A stretch of DNA of 64,000 nucleotides from an uncultured Planctomycetota bacterium (GCA_963849325.1 CAWKHF010000007.1:288001-352000), one strand, 5' to 3'; positions 32,322-43,828 are shown, counted from the first letter of the stretch. Notes: generated by a model from the sequence alone, not told the origin. Program-made: numbers and translations.

Positions 32322-34696
32322 ATGACACGTTTTGGCCTGCTCGCCGGACTCGTGATTTGCTGGCCCGCCCTCTCGATCGCCGCGGACAGTCCGGCTGAAA
32401 AAGACACGGCGGCGCAGCTGCGCACTCTGGATGCCAACGTCTTTCCGCACGACGAGGATCAGGCCCGGGAACGGGCACGGATGCTGTCGCGCGACGTGCG
32501 GAGCCGGCTCCAGGCTGCCAGCGTGCGCGAGAACCGGGCCTGGCAACAAGTGAAGGATCGCGCCGGCTGGGAGAAGTTCCGCGATGCTCGTTTACAAGCA
32601 CTTCGCGCCTCGCTGGGGCAATTCCCCGATCCACCGAAGGACCTGCACGTGCGCGTCACGCGGACCCTCGAAGGAGACGGCTACCGCATCGAGAACCTGG
32701 TGTACGAGACGCGACCCGGCCTGGTGGCGACGGCCCATCTCTACGTGCCGGCAAAGCCAGGCCGATCCATGCCCGGACTTGTGATCGTCCACAGCCATCA
32801 CGCTCCCAACACGCAGGGCGAACTGCAAGACATGGGCATGTCGTGGGCACGGCAGGGCTGCCTGGTGTTGATACCGGAGCTGCTCGGCCACGGCGAGCGC
32901 CGTCAGCACCCCTTCCGCACCAGCACGGACTACGAGCGGCCCTTCCGCGTCGGTCGTCAGGATTACTACTTCCGCTACAACACTGGTTTGCAGCTGCACC
33001 TGATCGGCGACAGTCTCATGGGCTGGCTGGTCTGGGATGTGAGGCGCGGCCTCGATCTGCTGCTGTCGCGGCCGGGTGTCGATAAGGAGCGAATGGTTCT
33101 GCTCGGCGCGGTGGCGGGCGGCGGCGATGTGGCGGCGGTGACGGCTGCCCTCGATCCGCGCGTCAAGGCCGTGGTGCCCTTCAATTTCGGCGGCCCGCAG
33201 CCCGATTACGCTATCCCCGCCAATGCCGAACGCGACTTCTACTATTTCAGCGTCGCCGACTGGGAATCGACGCGCTGTCTGCGGCGGGGAGCGCGCGACG
33301 GCTTCGCCCACTGGCTGATCGTCGGCTCCGTGGCCCCACGACCTCTGATTTATGCTCACGAATTCGCCTGGGACCGCGGCACGATCCCGTTTGGCCGCGC
33401 CTGCAACAGATCTTCGGCTGGTACGATGCCGGCGGTCATTTGGCCGCGACCTTCGGCAGGGGCAGCGTCCGGGGCACGCCGCCGGAAAGCTCGCACTGCA
33501 CCAACATCGGCCCGCTGCACCGCAGCAAGATCTATCCCCTCCTCCAGCGCTGGTTCGACATACCGATTCCGCAGGAATACAGCAAGCGCCGGACGGCGGA
33601 CGAGCTACTCTGCCTGACGCCGGAGGCGGTCCAGGCGTTTCATCCGCGTCCGCTGTACGAGCTGGCGGCGGAGATCGAAGCGCGCCGCCACGCCGCTGCC
33701 CGCCGTCGCCGGGCCGACCTTGACCCCGAAGAACAACGCCGGCAGCTGCGCCAGGAGTGGGCGCGGCTCCTGGGCGACGTGGAGCCGAAGGTTGAGCCGA
33801 AGGTCCGCGCGCGGCAAAAGCAGACCTTGGAGAGCTTGACGATCGAGCGGCTGGCTCTGGAAGTAGAGCCGGACATCGTTGTGCCGCTGGTCTTGCTGAT
33901 GCCGCCGAGCCAGTCGGGCAAGCGTCCGCCGGTGGTACTGGGACTGGCGCAGGACGGCAAGCACGGCTTCCTGAAACATCGCTCCGAGGTGATCGCGGAG
34001 TTGCTCGCCGGCGGCGCGGCTGTCTGCATTCTCGATGTGCGGGGAACGGGCGAGACACGGCCTGCGGGCGACTCGCGCCGCCATACGGGATCGAGCACGA
34101 CGCTGTCGGCCACGGAGGCGCTGCTGGGTCAGACGCTCCTCGGCTCCCGGCTGCGTGATGTCCGCTCGGCACTGCGCTACCTGCGCGGCCGTCGCGACCT
34201 TGAGGCACGCCGCCTGGCCCTGTGGGGCGACTCCTTCGCGCCGACCAATCCTCCCGACCGGAATATGGCTGTGCCTCTCGAAGTCGATCCCTTCCCCGCT
34301 CTCGCCGAGCCGCTCGGGGGTCTGCTGGCACTGTTCGGCGCCTTGTTCGAGGACGATGTTCGCGTCGTCCACATCCGCGGTGGCTTGGCCAGCTATGATG
34401 CACTGCTGCACAGTTCGTTTTGTTACGTGCCGCACGATGCCCTCGTCCCTGGCGCACTGACAGCGGGGGATCTGAGCGATGTGGCCGCCGTACTGGCACC
34501 AAGAGCTTTGCGTCTAGAGGGTCTGGTCGATGGCCTCAACCACGAAGTGCCTACCGAGACTGTGGCCCGAATTTACGAGCCGGCTCACCGCGCGTATCGA
34601 TCCGGGAAAGCCGAAGCCCGTCTTCGCGTGGGAGGAAAAAAGCGACAAGCGGAGTCGGCCGGTCACTGGCTGCTGCACTGGCTGGCCGGCGATTAA
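32322..34696 (+). CDS. Secreted double alpha/beta-hydrolase (acetylxylan esterase-like), frameshift near 33380
   Basis: Signal peptide; YRIENLVYETRPG..TAHLYVP, LGHGERRQH, DLLLSRPGVDKER..LGAVAGGG; second domain LDVRGTGET, LWGDS. Confidence 0.8.
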
Positions 34697-34925
34697 GGCC
34701 TGGCAGTTGGCGCACGCTTGGTTGGCTTGGCTTTCCATGCGAAGCAATTCGACGACGCAGCCGCGAAGACGACACTACCGCCGTGAATCGCTACGCCGCA
34801 AGCGGCTTGAACAACCGGCGCGGCCGCTTGCGGTTTCCCTTAGGACGGCGAGCCGCTATCATAGGTCGCCCGCCGATGGCGCGGCAGGGATGGATCGATC
34901 CTGTTTTCACGGAGGAGTACGCGGC

Positions 34926-36275
34926 ATGTGGCAACGGCACGGACCTGGCGCGCTGGTGGCGCTGACCATCCTCATCGGTGGTTGCGGCAAAAGTGACGGC
35001 CCCTCGCAAGGGACGGCGAATCCCGCTCCCGCTGCCCCGGTGCAGATGAGCATCCCGTCCGGCGACTCGCCGGCCACCCTGGGACCGGACACCATCCAGG
35101 CGGCGATGGAGCGGGCCGGCACCGGCGTTCAGCTCGCCAAGCTCGACCTCAGCCCGGCCGGACTGCCCTTGACCATGAACGCACCCGAGGGGGCGAAAGT
35201 CCAGAAAGACAACCTGGACATTCAGGTCACGTCCGGCGATCGTTTCGCCGTCCGCATCCAACTCGGCAAGCGCCGCCTCGAACGCAAACGGCAGCAGATG
35301 GCGGGGCAACAAATCCTCGTCAACGCCAAAGACCTGGTCCTCGCCGAATCGTCGCTCCTGCTGGCGGTGCGCTGCGAGTTCGCTCGGCATCTGGTCGTCG
35401 GCCATCAGGATTACTGCGTCGAAAACGTCGCCCCGGTCTACGGCAAGCAGGTCAACCACAGCCAGGCCGACTGCCTGCTGATGCTCCACTGTGTCGGCAC
35501 CCTGGCGCCTTCGGCGCCACTGCCGGATGAACCCGTGGCCGCCCTCCAGCAGCTCAAGGCCCGCGTCACGAAGGGTGCCGATGGCCGCGCGACCGGTATG
35601 GCCCTCGCCGCCGATCAGACGACCGACGCCACGCTCGCCCTGGTGGCGAAGATTGCCGGACTCGAACGGCTGGACCTGCACGGCTGTCCGATCACCGACG
35701 AGGGACTGCCTCACCTCGCCGGCCTGACCAGCCTGAAGACCCTCATTCTGTCGGACTGCGAGTTCACCGATGCGGGCCTGTCTTCGCTGGCCGGGTTGAC
35801 CAACCTGGAGGAGCTGCGTCTGGCGTCGTCCTTCGGCGACAGCCCGCAAATCAAAGGGCCGGGACTCGCCGCCCTCGCCGGCATGACAAAGCTGCAAGTC
35901 CTCGTACTCGACAAGGACCTCGTGGACGACGCGGCCCTGGTTCATTTGAAAAACGTGAAGGGACTTCGCGAGCTGCACCTGGAGCTGACGCACGTGGCCG
36001 GTCCCGGTTTGGCGAACCTGAAAGAGTTGAAGGACCTCCAAACGCTCAATCTCGGCAACACGCCGTTGACCGACGCCGCCCTGGCGAACCTCGCGGGCCT
36101 GACCGGGCTGAAGCGCTTGCTCCTTGAAGGGACGCAGGTGAGTGACGCGGGGCTGGAGCACCTGCACGGGTTGAAGGGACTCCGGCAAGTGGCCCTGGCC
36201 CGGACGAAGGTGACGCAGGCGGGTGCGGACATGCTCAAGGCGGCCCTGCCGGGCGTCGAAATTACGATCAAGTAG
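34926..36275 (+). CDS. Leucine-rich-repeat lipoprotein
   Basis: GGAGG upstream; lipobox ILIGGC; C-terminal 24-aa LRRs (LxxLxLxxTxVTDAGLxxL). Confidence 0.88.
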   Translation: MWQRHGPGALVALTILIGGCGKSDGPSQGTANPAPAAPVQMSIPSGDSPATLGPDTIQAAMERAGTGVQLAKLDLSPAGLPLTMNAPEGAKVQKDNLDIQVTSGDRFAVRIQLGKRRLERKRQQMAGQQILVNAKDLVLAESSLLLAVRCEFARHLVVGHQDYCVENVAPVYGKQVNHSQADCLLMLHCVGTLAPSAPLPDEPVAALQQLKARVTKGADGRATGMALAADQTTDATLALVAKIAGLERLDLHGCPITDEGLPHLAGLTSLKTLILSDCEFTDAGLSSLAGLTNLEELRLASSFGDSPQIKGPGLAALAGMTKLQVLVLDKDLVDDAALVHLKNVKGLRELHLELTHVAGPGLANLKELKDLQTLNLGNTPLTDAALANLAGLTGLKRLLLEGTQVSDAGLEHLHGLKGLRQVALARTKVTQAGADMLKAALPGVEITIK

Positions 36276-36282
36276 AGGGCGT

Positions 36283-36349
36283 CGTTTAGCCGCGACGCGC
36301 AGCGGAGCGCGGGACAGACCCGCGCTCCGCTGCGCGTCGCGGCTAAACG
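36283..36349. repeat. Perfect 31-bp-arm hairpin (REP-like) between convergent genes, possible bidirectional terminator
   Basis: cgtttagccgcgacgcgcagcggagcgcggg-acaga-cccgcgctccgctgcgcgtcgcggctaaacg. Confidence 0.9.
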
Positions 36350-36744
36350 GACTCCGATAATTCGTCCGATTGTTCTTTTCTCGCCGGCCGATGGCGATAC
36401 ATGAGGACGCCGGCCGCCACGAACAGGAACAGTCCGACATAAACGGCCAATCGTCCCGGTATCTCGTAAGGCGGCGTGCGCCAGGGCGGCGTGACGTGTT
36501 CCAGACGCTCGGCCAGCGCCGGGTCGCCCTGTCCTTTCGCCGCTTCGCGCATCTCGGTTTGCCATCTCTCCTGCTCCACCTGTCGCGGCGTGAGCGGCTT
36601 CGGCGGAACGTAATTCATGACCATATAGCCGCCGAGCATCAGCACCAGGCCGATGCCGGCCAGCAGCAGCGGCCGGCCCCAACCGTCCGACGCCGGTTCG
36701 TGCTTGCGTTGCGGTTCGTCGAGTTCGTGATCGAGGATCGCCAT
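36343..36744 (-). CDS. Small two-TM membrane protein
   Basis: MAILDHELDEP..., hydrophobic segments LLLAGIGLVLMLGGYMVM and LAVYVGLFLFVAAGVLMY; starts just after the phosphatase stop. Confidence 0.75.
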   Translation of the reverse strand: MAILDHELDEPQRKHEPASDGWGRPLLLAGIGLVLMLGGYMVMNYVPPKPLTPRQVEQERWQTEMREAAKGQGDPALAERLEHVTPPWRTPPYEIPGRLAVYVGLFLFVAAGVLMYRHRPARKEQSDELSESV

Positions 36745-36751
36745 CTCGCAC

Positions 36752-38050
36752 TCAGGAAATCTTGGCCACCAGCAGCGTACGGTCGTCGTGGGCCGGCTGG
36801 CCGCCGGTGAACGCATGCAAGGCGGCCAGCACGGATTCCAGCAGGTCCGAGGCGCCGATGGCGCAGGTCTCCAGCACCTGATCGAGCCGCGCCAAACCGA
36901 ACATCTCGCCCTGTTCGTTGTACGCCTCGGTGATGCCGTCGGTATACAACACCAACTCGTCGCCGGGCACGAGCCGGTACGTCCGATCGCGGTAGGTCTC
37001 GTTCGGCGAGATGCCCAGCGGCAACCCGGTCGCGCCGTCCAGCAGGGCCAGCGTACCATCGACGCAGCGTTTCAGTCGAGGCGGATTGTGGCCGGCCGAG
37101 GCGTAGGTCAGCGAGCGCTCGGCGGGATCGTAGATGCCGTAAAACGCCGTCACGAAGGTGTCCGATTCGGCCGTGTAGCGGGCGGCGAGGTGACGGTTGA
37201 CGTGGGCGAGCAGGTGGCCGGGCGGCGTCGCCGGGCCGGGGTGCGTGTGAGCCAGGCTGTGCGTCACCGCCATGAGTACGGCCGCCGGCGTGCCGTGACC
37301 GCTGACGTCGGCGATGAGAAGACCCCATTTGCCGTCGGGAAGCGGGAAGAAATCGTAGTAATCGCCGCCGGCCCGGTGCGATGTCTGGTAGGAGGCGGCC
37401 AGCGACAGCGTCGGAATGTCCGGCATCCGATGCGGCAGCAGCGAACGCTGGATGTCGGCGACCGCTTTCATCTCGTAATCGACGGCCTCGTAGGCCGTCT
37501 TGAGCTGCTCGGACAGGACGAGGTTGTGCGTGGCCCGGCCAAACAGGTTGCTCAACCAGACGATCTCGGGGAACTGTTCGTGGCTGAAGGCGTTGGCCTC
37601 CTGGCGCATGAGCAGGACCATGTTGAGGGCCACACCCTGGTCGTACATCGGGATCGCCAGCAGCGCGCGCATGCCGGCGACGTATTCGGCGGCGGGGTCG
37701 TCGTCGGGCAGCCGCACGTCGTCGAAAAGGCGCGGCTCGTCGCCATAGAGCAGCTCGGCGAACAGACCGCCCCGCCGCAGCGGGAGACGATCGCGCTCCT
37801 TCCAGGGATTGATGGCCTCTTTCCACAGCGAGCAGCGCGTCACGCGGAACCAGGGCGATTGCAGATTGCGGCGGCTGATCGACACCATGCGGTCGGTCGG
37901 CCGCAGCGTCCGCATGCGCTGGCCGTAGACCCGGCTCATCTCCTGCGGATCGGTCTGCCGGCTCATTTCCTTCATGGTTTCCACGATCAGGGCCAGACGC
38001 TCGCGCCAGTCGCGGGCAACCTCGTCAAACAACCCCCGTGCCGTACTCAT
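36752..38050 (-). CDS. GAF + SpoIIE/RsbU-type PP2C phosphatase
   Basis: IQRSLLP, AGGDYYDFF, IADVSGHG, YASAGHNPP, LYTDGITEA, HDDRTLLV. Confidence 0.92.
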   Translation of the reverse strand: MSTARGLFDEVARDWRERLALIVETMKEMSRQTDPQEMSRVYGQRMRTLRPTDRMVSISRRNLQSPWFRVTRCSLWKEAINPWKERDRLPLRRGGLFAELLYGDEPRLFDDVRLPDDDPAAEYVAGMRALLAIPMYDQGVALNMVLLMRQEANAFSHEQFPEIVWLSNLFGRATHNLVLSEQLKTAYEAVDYEMKAVADIQRSLLPHRMPDIPTLSLAASYQTSHRAGGDYYDFFPLPDGKWGLLIADVSGHGTPAAVLMAVTHSLAHTHPGPATPPGHLLAHVNRHLAARYTAESDTFVTAFYGIYDPAERSLTYASAGHNPPRLKRCVDGTLALLDGATGLPLGISPNETYRDRTYRLVPGDELVLYTDGITEAYNEQGEMFGLARLDQVLETCAIGASDLLESVLAALHAFTGGQPAHDDRTLLVAKIS

Positions 38051-38101
38051 GTTGTTTCTCCGGGGCGGTGGATGGCGACTCCTCTCCTATTATTCGCAAG
38101 C

Positions 38102-38163
38102 CTACAAGCCCGGAGCGTCCGCGACGGGTTTTTCAACCCGTCGCGGACGCTCCGAGCTTGTAG
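38102..38163. repeat. REP-like hairpin
   Basis: ctacaagcccggagcgtccgcgacggg-tttttcaa-cccgtcgcggacgctccgagcttgtag. Confidence 0.9.
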
Positions 38164-38185
38164 AAAATCGCGCCGGAGAGCCGGC

Positions 38186-38214
38186 TTGACGCTGATGAGG
38201 AGCATGGGTATTAT
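38186..38214 (+). promoter_or_regulatory. Sigma70-like promoter upstream of ispE
   Basis: TTGACG-17 bp-TATTAT. Confidence 0.6.
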
Positions 38215-38367
38215 CGAACCCGGTTTGACGGAGAGATGCAACCCAGGTAAAGCGGATCGGTTGCCTCGCTCTCCCCAACCGGCCCACGAATGGACTGACC
38301 ATCGAATGCCGCTTGACTCGCCGGCCACCCATGGACGGGCTTCCCTTGAACCCTCGACTCGATCCTC

Positions 38368-39252
38368 ATGCTGATACGGCGCAGTGCGTCGGCGATCCGC
38401 GTTCGGACGCCGGCCAAGGTGAACCTGTTTCTGGAAGTGCTGGCGCGGCGGGCGGACGGCTATCACGAGCTGGCGACCTTGATGACGGCCGTCAGCCTGT
38501 TTGACACCCTGGAACTCACGGAGGAACCGACGGGAGCAACGACGCTCCACTGCGATCACCCCTCTCTCTCGACCGGACCCGACAATCTCGTCTGCCGTGC
38601 CGTGGAGTTGGCACGGCGGCGTTCCGGTCGATCCGACGGCGTGACCATTCGCTTGTGGAAGCGCATCCCGATGGCGGCCGGACTCGGCGGCGGCTCCAGC
38701 GACGCCGCAGCCACGCTGGCCGGACTGAATCGACTGTGGAGGCTGGGCTGGGACCGCGAGGAGCTGGTCCGGCTCGGCGCCGAGTTGGGCAGTGACGTAT
38801 CGTTTTTTTTCGCCGGCCCGGCGGCGTGGTGTACCGGGCGCGGCGAGCGAATCGAACCGCTGCGGCTGGGCCGAGCGCTCGATTTCGTACTCGTCTTTCC
38901 GCCGCGGGGCCTGTCCACGGCGGAGGTTTTTCGCGGCGTGACGGTGCCGACCGAGCCGCGATCCGGCGCGGCGATTCGCCAGGCCGCCGCGTCGGGCGAT
39001 GCGAGAGAACTCGGCCGAGCGCTGCACAACCGTTTGCAGGCGGCGGCCGAGCGGCTTTGTCCCGAGGTGGCCAACCTCACCGCCCGGTTGGCCGGCCTGG
39101 GGCCGGCGGGACAGCTGATGAGCGGCAGCGGCAGCACCGTGTTCGCCCTCTGCCGCGATCCTGGCGAGGCCCTGACCCTCGCACGCGCGTTGCACGCAGC
39201 ACGGGACGAGCTGGGCGGCGCGCGTGTTTCTGTCGTTGGGAGTTGCGATTGA
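38368..39252 (+). CDS. ispE: 4-diphosphocytidyl-2-C-methyl-D-erythritol kinase
   Basis: [53 protein letters not shown]. Confidence 0.96.
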   Translation: MLIRRSASAIRVRTPAKVNLFLEVLARRADGYHELATLMTAVSLFDTLELTEEPTGATTLHCDHPSLSTGPDNLVCRAVELARRRSGRSDGVTIRLWKRIPMAAGLGGGSSDAAATLAGLNRLWRLGWDREELVRLGAELGSDVSFFFAGPAAWCTGRGERIEPLRLGRALDFVLVFPPRGLSTAEVFRGVTVPTEPRSGAAIRQAAASGDARELGRALHNRLQAAAERLCPEVANLTARLAGLGPAGQLMSGSGSTVFALCRDPGEALTLARALHAARDELGGARVSVVGSCD

Positions 39253-39280
39253 GTGTGCCACAGAAAAAAGGAGAACAACT

Positions 39281-39871
39281 GTGGTCATCACCGAAGTCCG
39301 TATCAAGCTCATGGAAGACAACAACGAGAACGAGCGCCTGCAGGCTTTCTGCTCGGTGACGTTCGATGACGCCTTCGTCGTGCGCGACTTGAAGATCATC
39401 GAAGGCACCAAAGGCTCGTTCGTGGCCATGCCCAGCCGCAAGCTGACGGATCGCTGTCCGGGCTGCGGCAGCAAGAACCACCTGCGCGCCCGCTTCTGCA
39501 ATGCCTGCGGCGGCAAGCTCGACGAGGACCGCGCCACCCGCGACGCCGACGGCCGCGTCAAGCTGCACGCCGACATCGCGCATCCGATCAACTCGGCCTG
39601 CCGCGAGGTCATCCAGACCGCCGTGCTCAAGGCCTATAACGCCGAGAGGGAACGCTCCAAGCAGCCCGGCTACGTCTGCACCTACGACGACTTCGACAGC
39701 GATTACGACGGTCCCGCCGCCAGCTACACGCAGATCGTCAGCGAGATGAACGGCGGCCGCGGTTATCGCACGCACGGGTCCGGCCGTGCGTCCCACGGCA
39801 GCCCGGCATCGAGCCAGGTCGCCGGTCGCGAAGACAAGCGCTCCGAGGGCTTCGGCGCCGGCATTCTGTGA
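39281..39871 (+). CDS. spoVG: SpoVG-family nucleic-acid-binding protein with zinc-ribbon insert
   Basis: AAGGAG RBS, GTG start; ITEVRIKL...[50 protein letters not shown]. Confidence 0.9.
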   Translation: MVITEVRIKLMEDNNENERLQAFCSVTFDDAFVVRDLKIIEGTKGSFVAMPSRKLTDRCPGCGSKNHLRARFCNACGGKLDEDRATRDADGRVKLHADIAHPINSACREVIQTAVLKAYNAERERSKQPGYVCTYDDFDSDYDGPAASYTQIVSEMNGGRGYRTHGSGRASHGSPASSQVAGREDKRSEGFGAGIL

Positions 39872-40036
39872 CCGTCAGAGATGCGTTTCGCCGTGGAGCG
39901 TGGGAGCGATCCCGCGCTCCGCGGCGCGTCGCGGCGAAACCTGGAGCCTGAGGTCTCTCTCCTTGCGTTCGGGGATGGCGGAGCTACAATCAGCGGTCGA
40001 TGGTTCCGCAACCCCGCTCCCGCAAGTGAGAAACCC

Positions 40037-42116
40037 ATGCCGAACCTCCGCGTCTCGTCCGCGCTGCTGCTCCTCGTCCTGTCTCGGCGTCCCCCTGCAG
40101 TGCGGCCGAACACACGTATGATCTGGTCGTCTACGGCGGCACGCCGGGCGGCGTCACGGCGGCGGTCCAGGCCGCCCGCATGGGCAAGACCGTCGTGCTG
40201 ATCGAGCCGGGCAAGCACCTGGGCGGCATGACCTCCGGCGGCCTCGGCGCCACCGACATCGGCAACAAGCGAGCCATCGGCGGCATCGCCCGCGACTTCT
40301 ACCGCCGCGTCCGCCGACACTATCAGGACGAGGCGAGCTGGAAATACGAGAAGCGCACCGACTTCAAGGGACCGGGCCACGATCGCGGCGAGGACACCGC
40401 CTGGACCTTCGAGCCGCACGTCGCCGAGCACATCTTCAACGACCTTCTCCGCGAGTACAAAGTTCCCGTCGTCCTCGACCGGCGGCTGAACCGCAAGGAC
40501 GGCGTCCGCAAGGACGGCCCACGTCTCATTTCGATGGCGATGGAATCGGGCGAAATCTACCGCGGCAAGGTGTTCCTCGACGCCACCTACGAGGGCGACC
40601 TGATGGCGGTGGCCGGCGTCTCCTACCACGTCGGCCGCGAGGCCAACAAGACCTACGGCGAAACCCTCAACGGCGTGCAGGTGAAGAACGCCTTGCACCA
40701 TCAGTTCATCAAGGACGATCGATCCCTACCTCAAGCCGGGCGAGCCGTCCAGCGGTCTGCTGCCGCGCGTCCACGCCGGCCCGCCGGGCATCGACGGCGA
40801 GGGCGACCGCCGCGTGCAAGCCTACAACTTCCGCCTCTGCGCCACCGATCGACCCGAGAACCGCCGGCCCTGGCCCCGGCCGGACGGCTACGACGAGAAG
40901 CAGTACGAACTACTGCTGCGGAACTTCGAGTCCGGCGATCATCCGTCTGCCCTGGAACCCGATCCTCATGCCCAATCGCAAGACCGACTGCAACAACAAC
41001 TTCGCCTTCTCCACCGACGACATCGGCGCCAACTACGACTATCCCGACGGCGATTATGCTACCCGCGCCCGCATCTGGAAGGAACACGTCGATTATCAGA
41101 AGGGGCTGATGTGGACGCTGGCCAACCATCCGCGCGTGCCGGACAAGGTGCGCCGGCATTTTCAGACATGGGGTCTGTCCCGCGACGAGTTCACCGACAC
41201 CGACAACTGGCCGCACCAACTGTACGTCCGCGAGGCGCGGCGGATGGTCGGCGCCTACGTCATGACCGAGCATAACTGCCGCGGCTCACGCCGGGCGGAG
41301 GACTCGGTCGGCCTGGCGGCGTACACGATGGATTCGCACAACACGCAGCGCTACGTGACCCGCGAAGGCCACGTCCTCAACGAGGGCGACGTGCAAGTCG
41401 GCGGATTTCCCCCTTATCCGATCTCCTATCGGTCGATGGTGCCGAAGGCGGCGGAATGCACGAACCTCCTCGTCCCTGTCTGCCTGTCGGCGTCGCACAT
41501 CAGTTACGGCTCGATCCGCATGGAGCCGGTGTTCATGGTGCTGGGCCAGTCGGCGGGCACGGCGGCGGTGCTCGCCATTGAGGAAGACGTGACCGTGCAG
41601 AAGGTGGACTATGGCAAGCTGAAAGAGAGACTGCTGCGGGAGGGGCAAATTCTCGACTGGACGGGACCGAGGCGCGAGGGCGGCATCGACGCGAAGAAGC
41701 TGGCCGGTATCGTGCTCGATGACGGCGCGGCCGAGCGCCAGGGCTTCGAGCAGACCAGCAGCGCCATCCCGCCCTACGTCGGCGACGGTTATCGTCACGA
41801 CGGCGGCCACGATCGCGGCCGGCAGCGGGCGCGCTACACGCCGGAATTGCCGAAGGCCGGCAAGTATGAGGTTCGCATCTCCTATTCTCCCGGTTCCAAT
41901 CGCGCCAGCAACGTGCCGGTGATCGTCCATCACGCCGAGAGCGAGACGACCCTCACGGTGAATCAGCGCAAGGCGCCGACGCTCGACCGGGCCTTCGTCT
42001 CGCTGGGCACGTTCCGCTTCGACAAGGGCAAGACCGGCTATGTCGAGATTCGCAACACGGACGCCGACGGCCATGTCATCATCGACGCCGTGCAGTGGTT
42101 GCCGGTGAACGATTGA
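40037..42116 (+). CDS. Secreted FAD-dependent oxidoreductase with C-terminal carbohydrate-binding-like domain (frameshifts)
   Basis: [72 protein letters not shown]. Confidence 0.85.
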
Positions 42117-42353
42117 AGTTCCCCGCTTGCGAGGATGTGGTGCATCGGCCTCCCGACCGCCCGCTCCCGAAGTGTGGGCGAGGGGGGCAACAACTTCGAT
42201 TCCCACAAGACACGCGCGCACCCATTCTGACGAAGCGTGAAAGCCTCTCGAACGAGCGGAAAAGCGAGTTGCTCGGGCTTTGTGCATTTTCGTTTGCCGG
42301 AGGGCCATCGCGCTGGTACAGTGGCGTTTGGGTCCAGAGGGCGGCTTGAATTC

Positions 42354-42409
42354 CTACCTGGTATGTCCAAGTATTAGGGCGCGTCCTAATACTTGGACAT
42401 ACTAGGTAG
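42354..42409. repeat. AT-richer 25-bp-arm palindrome
   Basis: ctacctggtatgtccaagtattagg-gcgcgt-cctaatacttggacatactaggtag (one mismatch). Confidence 0.9.
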
Positions 42410-42537
42410 AAAATACGGGAAAACTCTTTTGCCGAAAAGCCGTTCCACCCAATTGACCCATTGGAAAGGTTGCGGATTAGGCCGCGCGCACCCTAATCAC
42501 CTGTTCGGCGAAGGAAGATCAGCGGGGTGTGCTTGAG

Positions 42538-43062
42538 ATGAAGCGATTCTCCTCGTGGGGCTGGATACTGGCCGTGGTTCTGCTCTCGGCAGTGCCACTT
42601 GGGTTCTACTTTCTCGATCGCTGGGGGGCGGAGGCCTGCACCCGGCGCGGGAAAGCCTTGGTTAACAGCAAGGAGTACCCCCAGGCGATTGAACTCTTCA
42701 GCAGGGCCATCCAGACCGACCCGAAGTACGCGCCGGCCTACCATGGGCGGGGGATGGCCTACTTAAACCAGGGAGAACACGACCGAGCCCTTGTGGATTT
42801 GAGCGAGGCGGTTCGCCTTGATGCCAACGATGCCCGCGCCCTATATCATCGGGGCGTGGCCTACTACCGGGTAGGGGATTATGATCGGGCGCTCACGGAC
42901 TTTACAGAAGCAATTCGCCTCAGCCCCGGTTCCGCAAACGGGTATCTGGCGCGAAGCAGTGTCTATGCCAAGCAGGGCGATGAGGCGCAGGCCAGAGCGG
43001 ATCGCTGCAAGGCAGTTGAGCTTGATCCCGCGCTGGAAAAGTCTGATGACGGGAAGCCGTGA
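42538..43062 (+). CDS. TPR-repeat protein with N-terminal TM segment
   Basis: AYHGRGMAY...ALVDLSEAVRLD, ALYHRGVAY...ALTDFTEAIRLSP. Confidence 0.85.
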   Translation: MKRFSSWGWILAVVLLSAVPLGFYFLDRWGAEACTRRGKALVNSKEYPQAIELFSRAIQTDPKYAPAYHGRGMAYLNQGEHDRALVDLSEAVRLDANDARALYHRGVAYYRVGDYDRALTDFTEAIRLSPGSANGYLARSSVYAKQGDEAQARADRCKAVELDPALEKSDDGKP

Positions 43063-43089
43063 GACGGGCCGAACCGTCATAAGGCTCTT

Positions 43090-43130
43090 GGTCAGAAAAA
43101 GGTGTCAGGAACCGTTTTCGATCCGAAAAG
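43090..43130 (+). repeat. 41-bp direct repeat, copy 1
   Basis: ggtcagaaaaaggtgtcaggaaccgttttcgatccgaaaag. Confidence 0.9.
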
Positions 43131-43348
43131 TATCCTTACACCTTTTCGCATCTCTTTTGAAAAAACCATTACGACTTAACGGCTCCCGGCACGGTATCTT
43201 GTGAAGAAAACGCGAAGAAAAGGGTCGGGAGTCGAATTAAGGCTAAAACGAGCCGAATAATCCGCTGCAGCGGACGCGGCGCGATCTTCGTCTGCGATAG
43301 ACTTCAGGAAACACTCGGACCAATTTTCTTGCCTGGCTGGGGGAGGCT

Positions 43349-43780
43349 ATGGGGACCGCAACGATGGGAAGGGTGCTGGTGACGGCCCGACTCGAGAACC
43401 TGGAAGACGTGTACAAGGTCGCCCAAGGTGCCTTGCCCGCCGAACAAGTGCGTGCCGGGGAAGTGACAGATGCCTTGGTCGATACGGGCGCCACGGGGCT
43501 CCGGGTGCCGCGTCGACTGATTGACCAACTTGGCCTGTCTCTGCTTCGAACGCGGCACGCTCGGACGATCGCGGGCAGCGTGGAAGTAGCAATGTACCGT
43601 GCGGTACGCCTGACCGTGCAGGGGCGTGACTGCATCAGCGATGTCGGGGAGATTGGTGACGAGTTCTCTATCGTCATCGGCCAGGTTCCGCTGGAGTTGA
43701 TGGATTGGGTGGTCGATCCGAAGCGACAGCGCCTGATGGGCAACCCCGAACACGGCGGCGAGCAGATGATCGATATCTGA
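43349..43780 (+). CDS. Retropepsin-like (clan AA) aspartyl protease
   Basis: GGAGG RBS; ALVDTGATGL; IGQVPLELMDWVVDP. Confidence 0.9.
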   Translation: MGTATMGRVLVTARLENLEDVYKVAQGALPAEQVRAGEVTDALVDTGATGLRVPRRLIDQLGLSLLRTRHARTIAGSVEVAMYRAVRLTVQGRDCISDVGEIGDEFSIVIGQVPLELMDWVVDPKRQRLMGNPEHGGEQMIDI

Positions 43781-43787
43781 GGTGGCC

Positions 43788-43828
43788 GGTCAGAAAAAGG
43801 TGTCAGGAACTATTTTCGATCCGAAAAG
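43788..43828 (+). repeat. 41-bp direct repeat, copy 2
   Basis: ggtcagaaaaaggtgtcaggaactattttcgatccgaaaag (2 mismatches to copy 1). Confidence 0.9.

Noticed and set aside
34530-34925. N-terminal extension of the LRR protein
   Set aside because: It overlaps the upstream gene; the RBS and lipoprotein signal begin at 34926.
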